The notes below the pieces were generated by a model. The model was not told the DNA's origin, made no database searches, and was given only the letters and a program-made list of their open reading frames with translations. From a virus (lineage: Duplodnaviria; Caudoviricetes), in the IMG/VR virus record IMGVR_UViG_3300027707_000013, positions 6,610-70,609 of that record: a stretch of DNA of 64,000 nucleotides. One strand, given 5' to 3'. Shown one piece after another: positions 30,378-37,678 of the stretch; within the stretch, counting starts at the first letter, position 1; each line of letters begins with the position of its first letter. Made by a program: the position numbers and the translations under genes.

Positions 30378-30449
30378 TGCTCTATCGTATAAGGGTTATT
30401 ACGGTTGACTGTTAATCAATTTATCCAAGTTCGAATCTTGGTGGAGCAG
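30378..30449 (+). tRNA. trnN: tRNA-Asn(GTT)
   Basis: GTTGA-CTGTTAA-TCAAT; T-loop TTCGAAT. Confidence 0.9.
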
Positions 30450-30529
30450 CTGTGGTGGGTGGAAAAATTCCAATGTTGTAGTATCGTGGATGGAGAAATC
30501 CTGAAGCATAAACAGACAAAAAGAAAGAA

Positions 30530-31018
30530 ATGATGTTAAAAACATTCTTATTGACTGGATTGTTATTGTTAGGAACAATAACAACAAAAGCACAAGAGAA
30601 GCAAGTACAGATTGATTCAAATACTAAAGAGAGTATTACAAAAGAAAATTTGTATGAGCAGATAATGAAGTACGGGATTAAGTTCCCTGATGTGGTATTC
30701 GCACAAGCGGTATTAGAGTCAGGTCAATTTACCTCCAAGTTGTTCAAATCGGCAAACAACTTATTTGGTATGAAAATACCAACAAAAAGGGAGTCATCGG
30801 CAAATGGTAAAACCAAAAGTGGATACTCAAGTTATGAAGATTGGAACTTTAGTGTATACGATTACTCTTTATGGCAAAATTTTATGTTAAGAAACAAAAG
30901 TGATTTAACAAAAAAAGAGTACCTTGCACTCCTTGGTAAGGTTTATGCAGAAGACAAAAGATATGTTAGTAGTTTAAAACGAGTAATCGGTGAACACCAA
31001 CATATTTTAACACAGTAA
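30530..31018 (+). CDS. glucosaminidase/FlgJ-like muramidase with signal peptide
   Basis: AQAVLESG, NNLFGMK, YAEDKRY. Confidence 0.85.
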   Translation: MMLKTFLLTGLLLLGTITTKAQEKQVQIDSNTKESITKENLYEQIMKYGIKFPDVVFAQAVLESGQFTSKLFKSANNLFGMKIPTKRESSANGKTKSGYSSYEDWNFSVYDYSLWQNFMLRNKSDLTKKEYLALLGKVYAEDKRYVSSLKRVIGEHQHILTQ

Positions 31019-31047
31019 AAAGTTTGGGGTGAAACTCCCCATAATTT

Positions 31048-31120
31048 GGTCCCGTGGTTGAATGGTTACAATTCCACCCTGTCACGGTGCGAGATACGGG
31101 TTCGAATCCCGTCGGGACCG
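31048..31120 (+). tRNA. trnD: tRNA-Asp(GTC)
   Basis: GGTCCCG/CGGGACC acceptor; loop CTGTCAC. Confidence 0.95.
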
Positions 31121-31177
31121 CAAAGAGGGTTATATGTGTAGTAACCTCAGGTGTGATATCCGCCACTACACTCTTAA

Positions 31178-31253
31178 GCGGTAGTAGCTCAGTTGGTAGA
31201 GCTCGTTCCTTCCAAGTACGAGGTCGCAGGTTCGAACCCTGTCTACCGCTCCA
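31178..31253 (+). tRNA. trnG: tRNA-Gly(TCC), CCA encoded
   Basis: Loop CTTCCAA; GCGGTAG/CTACCGC acceptor. Confidence 0.95.
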
Positions 31254-31300
31254 AGGGTTGTGGGAACCCAAGAGTATGTGATGAGCATACACCCACAAAT

Positions 31301-31376
31301 GCTTCCATAGCTCAGTTGGTAGAGCAGCTGATTTGTAATCAGCAGGTCGTTGGTTCGAGCCCGACTGGAAGCTCCA
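31301..31376 (+). tRNA. trnT: tRNA-Thr(TGT), CCA encoded
   Basis: GCTGA-TTTGTAA-TCAGC. Confidence 0.95.
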
Positions 31377-31381
31377 CTTTA

Positions 31382-31453
31382 GGGGATTTAGCTGAGTTGG
31401 TTTAGCACCGCCCTTGCACGGCGGGGACAAGAGTTCGAGTCTCTTATTCTCCA
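31382..31453 (+). tRNA. trnA: tRNA-Ala(TGC)
   Basis: G3.U70 pair; CCGCC-CTTGCAC-GGCGG. Confidence 0.95.
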
Positions 31454-31467
31454 CAAACAAATAAACG

Positions 31468-31821
31468 ATGGCACATCCAAACTTACATGCAAAATCATCC
31501 GCCAAAAAGTTTGGTGGGAAACCTGAGGACTACATTCATTTACACGAATGGTTAGATGAAACCAAAGGATGGTTTGGAGATTCACTTCATAGAATGTTTA
31601 GACATCATAGTGAAGGAATCTTTGAAATGGAAAAACGATTTGGTACTGAATTCAAAAACAGTGACGGGGATACCGTTTACACAAGATATATTGGAGAACA
31701 ACATATAAAAGAGGATTGTAATAACTACATTCCGTCAGCCAAAGAGTGGGTAAATAACATATCTACAAATCAACGACCTCAGTGGATGTTAAAAACAATA
31801 AAATTAGAATTCACTGACTGA
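31468..31821 (+). CDS. DUF6915-like protein
   Basis: MAHP..HAKSSAKKFGG.PEDY..HRMFRHHSEG..EQHIKED. Confidence 0.7.
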   Translation: MAHPNLHAKSSAKKFGGKPEDYIHLHEWLDETKGWFGDSLHRMFRHHSEGIFEMEKRFGTEFKNSDGDTVYTRYIGEQHIKEDCNNYIPSAKEWVNNISTNQRPQWMLKTIKLEFTD

Positions 31822-31832
31822 TATTTATAAGT

Positions 31833-32546
31833 ATGAAAGAACTTTTAACACCAGAAGAAAAACAATACTTAAAAAGAGTATCCAATTACTTAGGTTCAAT
31901 GGGGATGCAAGATGGTAATGTTGAAATTGACATAGATAATGGATGGACATTTAGTTATGATGATATCGATTGGAATTATATTACCCATTTCACTAATAAC
32001 TATAATGCGGATATTCCATCAGGATTAATACCAATACTTCAAAAAATAATGAAATATTGTGATGATGAGGGGTTAATTAAAGAACATGATGATAATATAA
32101 ATTATCAGAGATTAGAATATGATATTGATGTTGATGCTAAAAAAATTCAATTAAGTCATTGGTGGTCTTTTTATGATAGAGGTGAAGGTAGTTCAAGAGA
32201 ATATGATTCAGAAGAGGATATTGAAAGGTTTGATAGTTGGATGGAACTGTATTTTTCCGATGTCGAAATTCCCAATGATGGTGTCCTAACTGTAACCTAT
32301 AATGGGTCAGGTGATTCAGGTTATATGGAGAGTTCGTTTGAAGAAAATAATGACCAAGTTCCTGCAGGAATTGAGGATTGGTGTTACGGAGAATTATCAA
32401 GAAATTATGGTGGATGGGAAATTAATGAAGGGTCCGATGGTAACTTTATATTTGACTTCAACACAAAAATAGTTACATTAAATCATACAGAGAACATTGA
32501 AGAAAACGCAAGCGATACTTATTTTGAGCAGAGCTTCGCAAATTAA
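31833..32546 (+). CDS. DUF6878-like protein
   Basis: YNGSGDSG and GGWEINEGSDG motifs. Confidence 0.6.
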   Translation: MKELLTPEEKQYLKRVSNYLGSMGMQDGNVEIDIDNGWTFSYDDIDWNYITHFTNNYNADIPSGLIPILQKIMKYCDDEGLIKEHDDNINYQRLEYDIDVDAKKIQLSHWWSFYDRGEGSSREYDSEEDIERFDSWMELYFSDVEIPNDGVLTVTYNGSGDSGYMESSFEENNDQVPAGIEDWCYGELSRNYGGWEINEGSDGNFIFDFNTKIVTLNHTENIEENASDTYFEQSFAN

Positions 32547-32562
32547 GACATATTTATAAAAC

Positions 32563-32631
32563 ATGAGAACAACATTATTACATACGTTATTACTTGATAG
32601 ACAAGGTCTATTAAGAAGACTTATGCCGTAA
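32563..32631 (+). CDS. leader peptide 2 of tRNA cluster 2 (Leu/Arg-rich)
   Basis: MRTTLLHTLLLDRQGLLRRLMP*; 5 TTA, 2 CTT, 1 CTA and 4 AGA codons. Confidence 0.8.
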   Translation: MRTTLLHTLLLDRQGLLRRLMP

Positions 32632-32663
32632 TTTGTTCAGAGCCGTTCTATTTATAGATATTC

Positions 32664-32695
32664 AACCCTGAACCAAAAAAGTTCGGGGTTTTTTT
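32664..32695 (+). terminator. attenuator terminator 2
   Basis: AACCCTGAAC-CAAAAAA-GTTCGGGGTT plus T-run. Confidence 0.85.
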
Positions 32696-32735
32696 ATGAC
32701 TTTTTCAGAGATATTCACTATCTTTGTAAAATAAC

Positions 32736-32820
32736 GCCGAGGTGGTGTAATGGTAGCCACGAGGGACTTAAAATCCCTTGGTCAGTAACGACCGTGAGGG
32801 TTCGAGTCCCTCCCTCGGTA
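32736..32820 (+). tRNA. trnL: tRNA-Leu(TAA)
   Basis: AGGGA-CTTAAAA-TCCCT; long variable arm. Confidence 0.95.
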
Positions 32821-32827
32821 CAAAATT

Positions 32828-32901
32828 GGTTTGGTAGCTCAGCTGGATAGAGCAACGCACTTCTAATGCGTAGGTCATAGGTTCGAATCCTATCCGAATC
32901 A
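32828..32901 (+). tRNA. trnR: tRNA-Arg(TCT)
   Basis: ACGCA-CTTCTAA-TGCGT. Confidence 0.95.
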
Positions 32902-32903
32902 CA

Positions 32904-32997
32904 ATCATTATCGTAGCTCAGTGAGATACGGCGCAAGATACACACTTAAACAACGCGGGAGAGGCGCCTTTCCCGATGTGGCTGAAGCGATAATGAT
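32904..32997 (+). ncRNA. unassigned structured RNA between tRNAs
   Basis: 10-bp closing stem ATCATTATCG/CGATAATGAT with internal CGGGAGAG/CTTTCCCG hairpin. Confidence 0.45.
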
Positions 32998-33001
32998 ATT
33001 T

Positions 33002-33082
33002 ACCCCGATGGCGTAATGGTAGCCGCGCAAGTCTTAGGAACTTGTGACTTCGGTCGTATCGGTTCGAGTCCGATTTGGGGTA
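33002..33082 (+). tRNA. trnL: tRNA-Leu(TAG)
   Basis: CAAGT-CTTAGGA-ACTTG; long variable arm. Confidence 0.95.
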
Positions 33083-33096
33083 CAAGAAAGTAAATT

Positions 33097-33816
33097 ATGT
33101 ACGTACAAAATCCTTTAGTTAAAACTAGTCAACCGAATTTATTTCATTTGGCTCCAATTCCCGTATTCATGAAAGTTTTCGGTGACGATGAATTCCATGA
33201 TGAGGTATACACGTTTGGGTTTGAGAATCTAACTCCCCAACAAAAGTTAATGGGTCAGGAACTTCCTGAACAATACGACATTAACAGACAATCAAATTAT
33301 TCTGTGAATTACGATAAGAGAGAAATGTGGGTGGAACCTACAGAGTATAATCCTATTGGTAGTCGTTTTTGGACACCGCCTAACGACTTTCTTGACATCA
33401 ACAATGAGAACGTTAAGAAGATTAGACAAAGGGTTGAGAGTGGTTATATGGAGTTATTAGACATGTTAGGGTTCCAACACAATAGAAAACCTGATATTAC
33501 CGAGAGCTGGATTCAATATTATAACCCAACTGAAGGTAGAGGTCATAATGCTCACAATCACTGTAGATGGCAACCAAATGAAGAAACAATGTTAAACTTC
33601 TCAGGAGGTTATTACTTATCTGACGGTGACCCTATTGCCGACCATCCTTATAGTGGAGTTTTTACATTCCATATTAGAGGGATGTCTCACTTTATCAGAC
33701 CTAAAAAAGGTATGTTAATCATTTGGCCGTATGATATCGTACATTCGGTTAAACCATTTTACGGAAAAACACATAGATGTGTTATTAATTTCAATATTCA
33801 AGACGGAAAAAAATGA
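33097..33816 (+). CDS. 2OG-Fe(II) oxygenase-like protein (TIGR02466-like)
   Basis: ESWIQYY, HNAHNH, FSGGYYL, KGMLIIWP..HSVKP, RCVINFN. Confidence 0.75.
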   Translation: MYVQNPLVKTSQPNLFHLAPIPVFMKVFGDDEFHDEVYTFGFENLTPQQKLMGQELPEQYDINRQSNYSVNYDKREMWVEPTEYNPIGSRFWTPPNDFLDINNENVKKIRQRVESGYMELLDMLGFQHNRKPDITESWIQYYNPTEGRGHNAHNHCRWQPNEETMLNFSGGYYLSDGDPIADHPYSGVFTFHIRGMSHFIRPKKGMLIIWPYDIVHSVKPFYGKTHRCVINFNIQDGKK

Positions 33817-33867
33817 TTATCTATATTATATATATAATAAATAATATGTTTAAATTAACAAGTAAAG

Positions 33868-34455
33868 ATGCTATATAAAACTTTTGTTATTTCATTAAAA
33901 AGAAGACCCGATAGAAGAGCAAAAATTAAAGATTTGTTTATAAAAAACAATCTAAAGTTTTCTTTTTATGACGCAATTGATGGACGTGATTTAATTGTTA
34001 CGGATGAGATTGAAGAATTATTTTTAAATAATGAGTTTGAAGATTGGGGTATAATAAAAGAATGTATCTATGGTAATACCTTAACTCATCTAAAGCTATT
34101 GAAAGAATGTTCTGAGCAGAATTTACCGTATTTTATTTTTGAGGATGATGTTAAAATAAAGAAAGATATTAATTTCACGTTTGAGAGTATTGTTGAAAAA
34201 CAATTAGATGCTTTTTGGTTAATAGATTTAGAACCTTCGTCGTTAGCATACGTTGTTTGGCCTGAAGGGGCTAAAAAAATACATGATTGGATAATGAATG
34301 TTGGAAAGGCAGATAAAGGAATGGATTGGAAATTATTAGAAATAAAAAACACTAATCTCCTAAATTCTGATAAGATATGGGACGAATACTTCTATCAAGT
34401 ACCTGGAGAAGATTCCGATATTGCCCCTAAAGGATATAAAAAAATAATAATATGA
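33868..34455 (+). CDS. glycosyltransferase family 25
   Basis: VISLKRRPDRR, FYDAIDG, THLKLL, IFEDDV. Confidence 0.85.
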   Translation: MLYKTFVISLKRRPDRRAKIKDLFIKNNLKFSFYDAIDGRDLIVTDEIEELFLNNEFEDWGIIKECIYGNTLTHLKLLKECSEQNLPYFIFEDDVKIKKDINFTFESIVEKQLDAFWLIDLEPSSLAYVVWPEGAKKIHDWIMNVGKADKGMDWKLLEIKNTNLLNSDKIWDEYFYQVPGEDSDIAPKGYKKIII

Positions 34456-35030
34456 AACAAATAGATTTAGATATTTTTGTATTTCCAAAAATCATGACTG
34501 ATGAACTTATTGAAAGACTAATGTCGGTTAGAAATAAGAGCGGTTTTGATGGAAGATTAGATTTACATATTGAGGATAAAAACACATTTTATATTTTTGA
34601 TAATTTTTGGTTTTCTGAAATTGAATCCAAATATTTGGGACATTATTTTAGTACGTATGATGTTGAAAAAGGAATAGGATTAAATTCAAGTGAGGAGACT
34701 ATAAAACAATTAAGTAAATTTGTTGAAACAAAATGGAGAGATTTATTCTTACTTCATTATACACCTAATAGTTTAATTAACGGTGAAAAAGATATTCATT
34801 GGGATTTTAGTGGGTTAAGTATGGTTGGATGTTTAACTGATGATTATGAAGGAGGTAAACTAATTTTTCCTAGACAGAATGTTACTTACAGATTAGAAAA
34901 AGGGGATGTTATCGTGTTTCCAGGAGGTTTAACTCACCCACACTATGTGGAACCCGTAACTAAAGGTTTTAGGGATGTAATTGTTGGTCAAAGTATGACA
35001 TTACCTCAAGACCATAAAATCGATTATTAA
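34452..35030 (+). CDS. 2OG-Fe(II) oxygenase (lysyl/prolyl hydroxylase-like)
   Basis: IHWD, DYEGGKL, FPG..THPH.VEPVTKG.R. Confidence 0.8.
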   Translation: MKQIDLDIFVFPKIMTDELIERLMSVRNKSGFDGRLDLHIEDKNTFYIFDNFWFSEIESKYLGHYFSTYDVEKGIGLNSSEETIKQLSKFVETKWRDLFLLHYTPNSLINGEKDIHWDFSGLSMVGCLTDDYEGGKLIFPRQNVTYRLEKGDVIVFPGGLTHPHYVEPVTKGFRDVIVGQSMTLPQDHKIDY

Positions 35031-35036
35031 AAATAA

Positions 35037-35067
35037 TTTGACAACTCAGAGATTTTTACTATCTTTG
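35037..35067 (+). promoter_or_regulatory. Bacteroidota-type promoter of leader 3
   Basis: TTTG-N19-TATCTTTG. Confidence 0.7.
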
Positions 35068-35085
35068 AACTATATATTAGAAATA

Positions 35086-35187
35086 ATGAAAACTACAATA
35101 AAACATATGGTCTTTAGTACACAGCAAAAATCGATTTGTTGGTATGAGCGTATGCGCGATTGTAGTTCGGATATAATTTTTGAGTAA
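35086..35187 (+). CDS. leader peptide 3 of tRNA cluster 3
   Basis: MKTTIKHMVFSTQQKSICWYERMRDCSSDIIFE*; contains all 13 amino acids of cluster 3 and no L, P, G, A or N. Confidence 0.8.
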   Translation: MKTTIKHMVFSTQQKSICWYERMRDCSSDIIFE

Positions 35188-35222
35188 TTTTTTAAAATAA
35201 AAATAAACCAAATTTTTTATAT

Positions 35223-35255
35223 ACCCCGAACTCGTAAAAAGGTTCGGGGTTTTTT
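35223..35255 (+). terminator. attenuator terminator 3
   Basis: ACCCCGAACT-CGTAAAAA-GGTTCGGGGT plus T-run. Confidence 0.85.
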
Positions 35256-35271
35256 GTTTTAAAATTGTTAG

Positions 35272-35283
35272 GTTCTTTGAAAT
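35272..35283 (+). promoter_or_regulatory. boxA-like antitermination element
   Basis: GTTCTTTGAAAT; the same TTCTTTGAAAT lies just upstream of the tmRNA. Confidence 0.5.
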
Positions 35284-35313
35284 ATTGGTTGTAATTTTGT
35301 ACTTGATTTAAAC

Positions 35314-35387
35314 GTCGCGTTGGACAAATTGGTTAAGTCGTCATCCTTTCACGATGAAGATTACGGGTTCGAACCCCGTACGCGATA
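35314..35387 (+). tRNA. trnE: tRNA-Glu(TTC)
   Basis: TCATC-CTTTCAC-GATGA. Confidence 0.95.
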
Positions 35388-35397
35388 CATAATTTAC

Positions 35398-35469
35398 AGT
35401 TCCTTAGCTCAGTGGAAGAGTCCTTGCCTTACATGCAAGTAGTCGTAGGTTCGAATCCTACAGGAACTA
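35398..35469 (+). tRNA. trnV: tRNA-Val(TAC)
   Basis: CTTGC-CTTACAT-GCAAG. Confidence 0.95.
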
Positions 35470-35474
35470 CATTA

Positions 35475-35547
35475 GGTGACGTAGCTCAGTTGGTAGAGCA
35501 CTTGCCTGAAGAGCAAGGTGTCGTCAGTTCGATTCTGACCGTTACCA
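35475..35547 (+). tRNA. trnF: tRNA-Phe(GAA)
   Basis: CTTGC-CTGAAGA-GCAAG. Confidence 0.95.
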
Positions 35548-35622
35548 CGGAGTCCCGAATTAACGGGAAACCCCCACTCCCATATGGCAGCCAGTCCGTT
35601 AACCTGGTGAAGTGGGGTATTT

Positions 35623-35696
35623 GACCTCTTAGCTCAGTTGGCTAGAGCACTTCACTTTTAATGAAGGAGTCCCGAGTTCGAGTCTCGGAGGGGTCA
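35623..35696 (+). tRNA. trnK: tRNA-Lys(TTT)
   Basis: CTTCA-CTTTTAA-TGAAG. Confidence 0.95.
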
Positions 35697-35711
35697 CAAA
35701 AAACATATATT

Positions 35712-35945
35712 ATGAAAGCAATACTTGAATTTAATTTACCTGAAGATAATCAGGAGTTTGAATTGGCAACAAAGGGTCTTAAATTTTGGTCGGTCTTATG
35801 GGAATTAGACCAATCTTTAAGGACTAAAACAAAATATGCTCCCGACAATTTACCTCAAGATAAGTACGACGCTTATCAAGAAATAAGGGATGAACTTCGT
35901 GAGTTAATGTCGGATAATAATGTTAATTTTGACATGGTTAAATAA
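35712..35945 (+). CDS. conserved-looking phage hypothetical protein
   Basis: MKAILEFNLPED; start moved out of tRNA-Lys. Confidence 0.65.
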   Translation: MKAILEFNLPEDNQEFELATKGLKFWSVLWELDQSLRTKTKYAPDNLPQDKYDAYQEIRDELRELMSDNNVNFDMVK

Positions 35946-35956
35946 AAAACAATAAG

Positions 35957-36580
35957 ATGATAGATAACATAAACATAATAAAACCGTTATTAAACTTCGA
36001 GGAGAAGGGAGACTTCTATATGTTGTATGTCTTCAAACGTAAGAAAGACCAACCTGAAGGTGAGAGAGATAACCATCAGTCGGTTAGAACTATCAAAACA
36101 TATTGCATTGAATCAATTGACCATTTGGAAAGGAGATATGATGAGGTAAAACAACTATGTGAGATGTTCAAGGCAAGAGCTTACATTCATGTTCAGAAAC
36201 AAAATCACAGAGATGTGTCTTTGGATATGTTGGCGAGTTTAGCTGAGAGAATTAAGAATGGAGTTCAAAACCAAAAGGGGTTATTTGATTCGGTTGTTGG
36301 ACAGATTAAGACTCAAGAGAAAAGATGGATTATCGATATTGATAACGTATCAATGGATGGATTCAATCATGACCCATACCAAGTATCGTTGAGAGAATAT
36401 ATAAACGAGTTACAGAAAGAGGCAGGAAAAGACCAAGGAATGACTTTTATTAAGACAAGAAGTGGATTCCATATCATAACTCAACCTTTTAATGTGATGA
36501 AATTTAAAGAAAGATATCCCGAGGTTGATATCCAAAAAAAGAACCCAACATTATTATATTATCCCAATAATTTGGGTTAA
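35957..36580 (+). CDS. hypothetical protein, possible AEP/primase-like fold
   Basis: WIIDID..TRSGFH resembles the DxD and SGxH motifs; the fold assignment is weak. Confidence 0.55.
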   Translation: MIDNINIIKPLLNFEEKGDFYMLYVFKRKKDQPEGERDNHQSVRTIKTYCIESIDHLERRYDEVKQLCEMFKARAYIHVQKQNHRDVSLDMLASLAERIKNGVQNQKGLFDSVVGQIKTQEKRWIIDIDNVSMDGFNHDPYQVSLREYINELQKEAGKDQGMTFIKTRSGFHIITQPFNVMKFKERYPEVDIQKKNPTLLYYPNNLG

Positions 36581-36595
36581 ATTTGTAAAACAAAG

Positions 36596-36667
36596 GGTCG
36601 GTTGGCCGAGTGGTTTAGGCGGTAGTCTGCAAAACTATCTACACAGGTTCGATTCCTGTACCGACCT
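36596..36667 (+). tRNA. trnC: tRNA-Cys(GCA)
   Basis: GTAGT-CTGCAAA-ACTAT. Confidence 0.95.
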
Positions 36668-36668
36668 C

Positions 36669-36788
36669 ATGACAAAGAAAGAAATTAACAAAATGGTTAA
36701 AGCCATTAGAATGACAACAAAAAAAGCTTGTAAGAATAAGAAATCTGCTCGTAAGTTTCTTATTAAGGCGGGAATTGTAAAAAAATAA
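36669..36788 (+). CDS. 39-aa Lys-rich peptide
   Basis: MTKKEINKMVKAIRMTTKKACKNKKSARKFLIKAGIVKK*, filling the Cys-Trp spacer. Confidence 0.5.
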   Translation: MTKKEINKMVKAIRMTTKKACKNKKSARKFLIKAGIVKK

Positions 36789-36789
36789 T

Positions 36790-36862
36790 ACGTGTGTAGC
36801 TCAGACGGTAGAGCAGTAGTCTCCAAAACTATGTGTCAGAGGTTCGAATCCTTTCATGCGTG
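36790..36862 (+). tRNA. trnW: tRNA-Trp(CCA)
   Basis: GTAGT-CTCCAAA-ACTAT. Confidence 0.93.
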
Positions 36863-36865
36863 CTA

Positions 36866-37127
36866 AAGGTTGATTGGAAAGCCTTACACCTTCTCTAAGG
36901 AGTTGGAATGTAAGCGAGGGGACTGAATGAAGTCGAAGAAATGCCAATCATAAAAGTAGATGTCCACGCACCCATCTTCTACTTTCCTTAAAATATTAGG
37001 TTGATTGGGGAATGATGATGTAAATACCTGGTAGTGGTTGGAATAAGACATCGTCGGAGTTTAAATTACCATTAGTAATGCCAATCATAAAAGGAGATGT
37101 CCACTGAACCATCTTCTCCTTTCCTTA
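36866..37127 (+). ncRNA. two tandem copies of an unassigned structured RNA motif
   Basis: Both copies read AGGTTGATTGG..GTTGGAAT..ATGCCAATCATAAAAG(T/G)AGATGTCCAC..CCATCTTCT(A/C)CTTTCCTT, with a compensatory T-A/G-C change. Confidence 0.65.
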
Positions 37128-37131
37128 TTTT

Positions 37132-37213
37132 GGGAGTATCGCATAGCGGCAATTGCAGAAGACTGTAAATCTTCCCTCTTTAGAGTTCGTAGGTTCGAGT
37201 CCTACTCCTCCCA
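37132..37213 (+). tRNA. trnY: tRNA-Tyr(GTA)
   Basis: GAAGA-CTGTAAA-TCTTC; long variable arm. Confidence 0.95.
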
Positions 37214-37219
37214 CATTTT

Positions 37220-37293
37220 GGACTTGTAGCTCAGTTGGTTAGAGCGCTTCACTCATAATGAATAGGTCCCTGGTTCGAGCCCAGGCTGGTCCA
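37220..37293 (+). tRNA. tRNA with CAT anticodon (probably Ile2, possibly Met)
   Basis: Loop CTCATAA; C4-G69 pair as in Ile2 tRNAs. Confidence 0.85.
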
Positions 37294-37299
37294 CAATAT

Positions 37300-37370
37300 T
37301 GCCCGATGGTGTAGCGGTAGCACAAATGTTTTTGGTGCATTTAGGGTTGGTTCGAATCCAGCTCGGGTAA
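37300..37370 (+). tRNA. trnQ: tRNA-Gln(TTG)
   Basis: AATGT-TTTTGGT-GCATT; TGCCCGA/TCGGGTA acceptor. Confidence 0.92.
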
Positions 37371-37379
37371 CTAAATAAA

Positions 37380-37451
37380 ATGAATATGTGGTTTTTAATT
37401 GTTTGGATTGTATTGATGATTATTGTCAAATGGGACAATGACCGTGATTAG
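37380..37451 (+). CDS. 23-aa hydrophobic peptide
   Basis: MNMWFLIVWIVLMIIVKWDNDRD*. Confidence 0.35.
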   Translation: MNMWFLIVWIVLMIIVKWDNDRD

Positions 37452-37523
37452 GGTTTTATGGTGTAACGGATAGCACACGAAACTACGGATTTCGGAGTTT
37501 AGGTTCGAATCCTAATAGAACCT
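37452..37523 (+). tRNA. trnR: tRNA-Arg(ACG)
   Basis: CGAAA-CTACGGA-TTTCG. Confidence 0.92.
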
Positions 37524-37529
37524 CTAAAC

Positions 37530-37599
37530 TGCGTGGCTTAGAGGAAAAGAACTATCTCTCATAAGGATGGTCAATTGGGTTCGAAACCCAAACACGCAA
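37530..37599 (+). tRNA. atypical tRNA with CAT anticodon (Met-like), weak D-arm
   Basis: TGCGTG/CACGCA acceptor, loop CTCATAA, T-arm TTGGG-TTCGAAA-CCCAA. Confidence 0.6.
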
Positions 37600-37604
37600 C
37601 ATAT

Positions 37605-37678
37605 GGTGGCTATAGCTCAGTTGGCAGAGCGCTTGGTTGTGGTCCAAGTTGTCACGGGTTCGATTCCCGTTAGTCACC
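37605..37678 (+). tRNA. trnH: tRNA-His(GTG)
   Basis: G-1 and C73; CTTGG-TTGTGGT-CCAAG. Confidence 0.95.

Noticed and set aside
30451-30516. Spacer after tRNA-Asn as a hammerhead ribozyme
   Set aside because: It has small hairpins and CTGAAGC, but not a CUGANGA/GAAA/UH core in a valid order.
35548-35620. Theta/HDV, twister or pistol assignment of the post-Phe spacer
   Set aside because: The conserved catalytic nucleotides (HDV L3 and J4/2 C, twister UCCNAAGC and GAGG, pistol GCG/GU) are absent; kept only as an unassigned pseudoknot.
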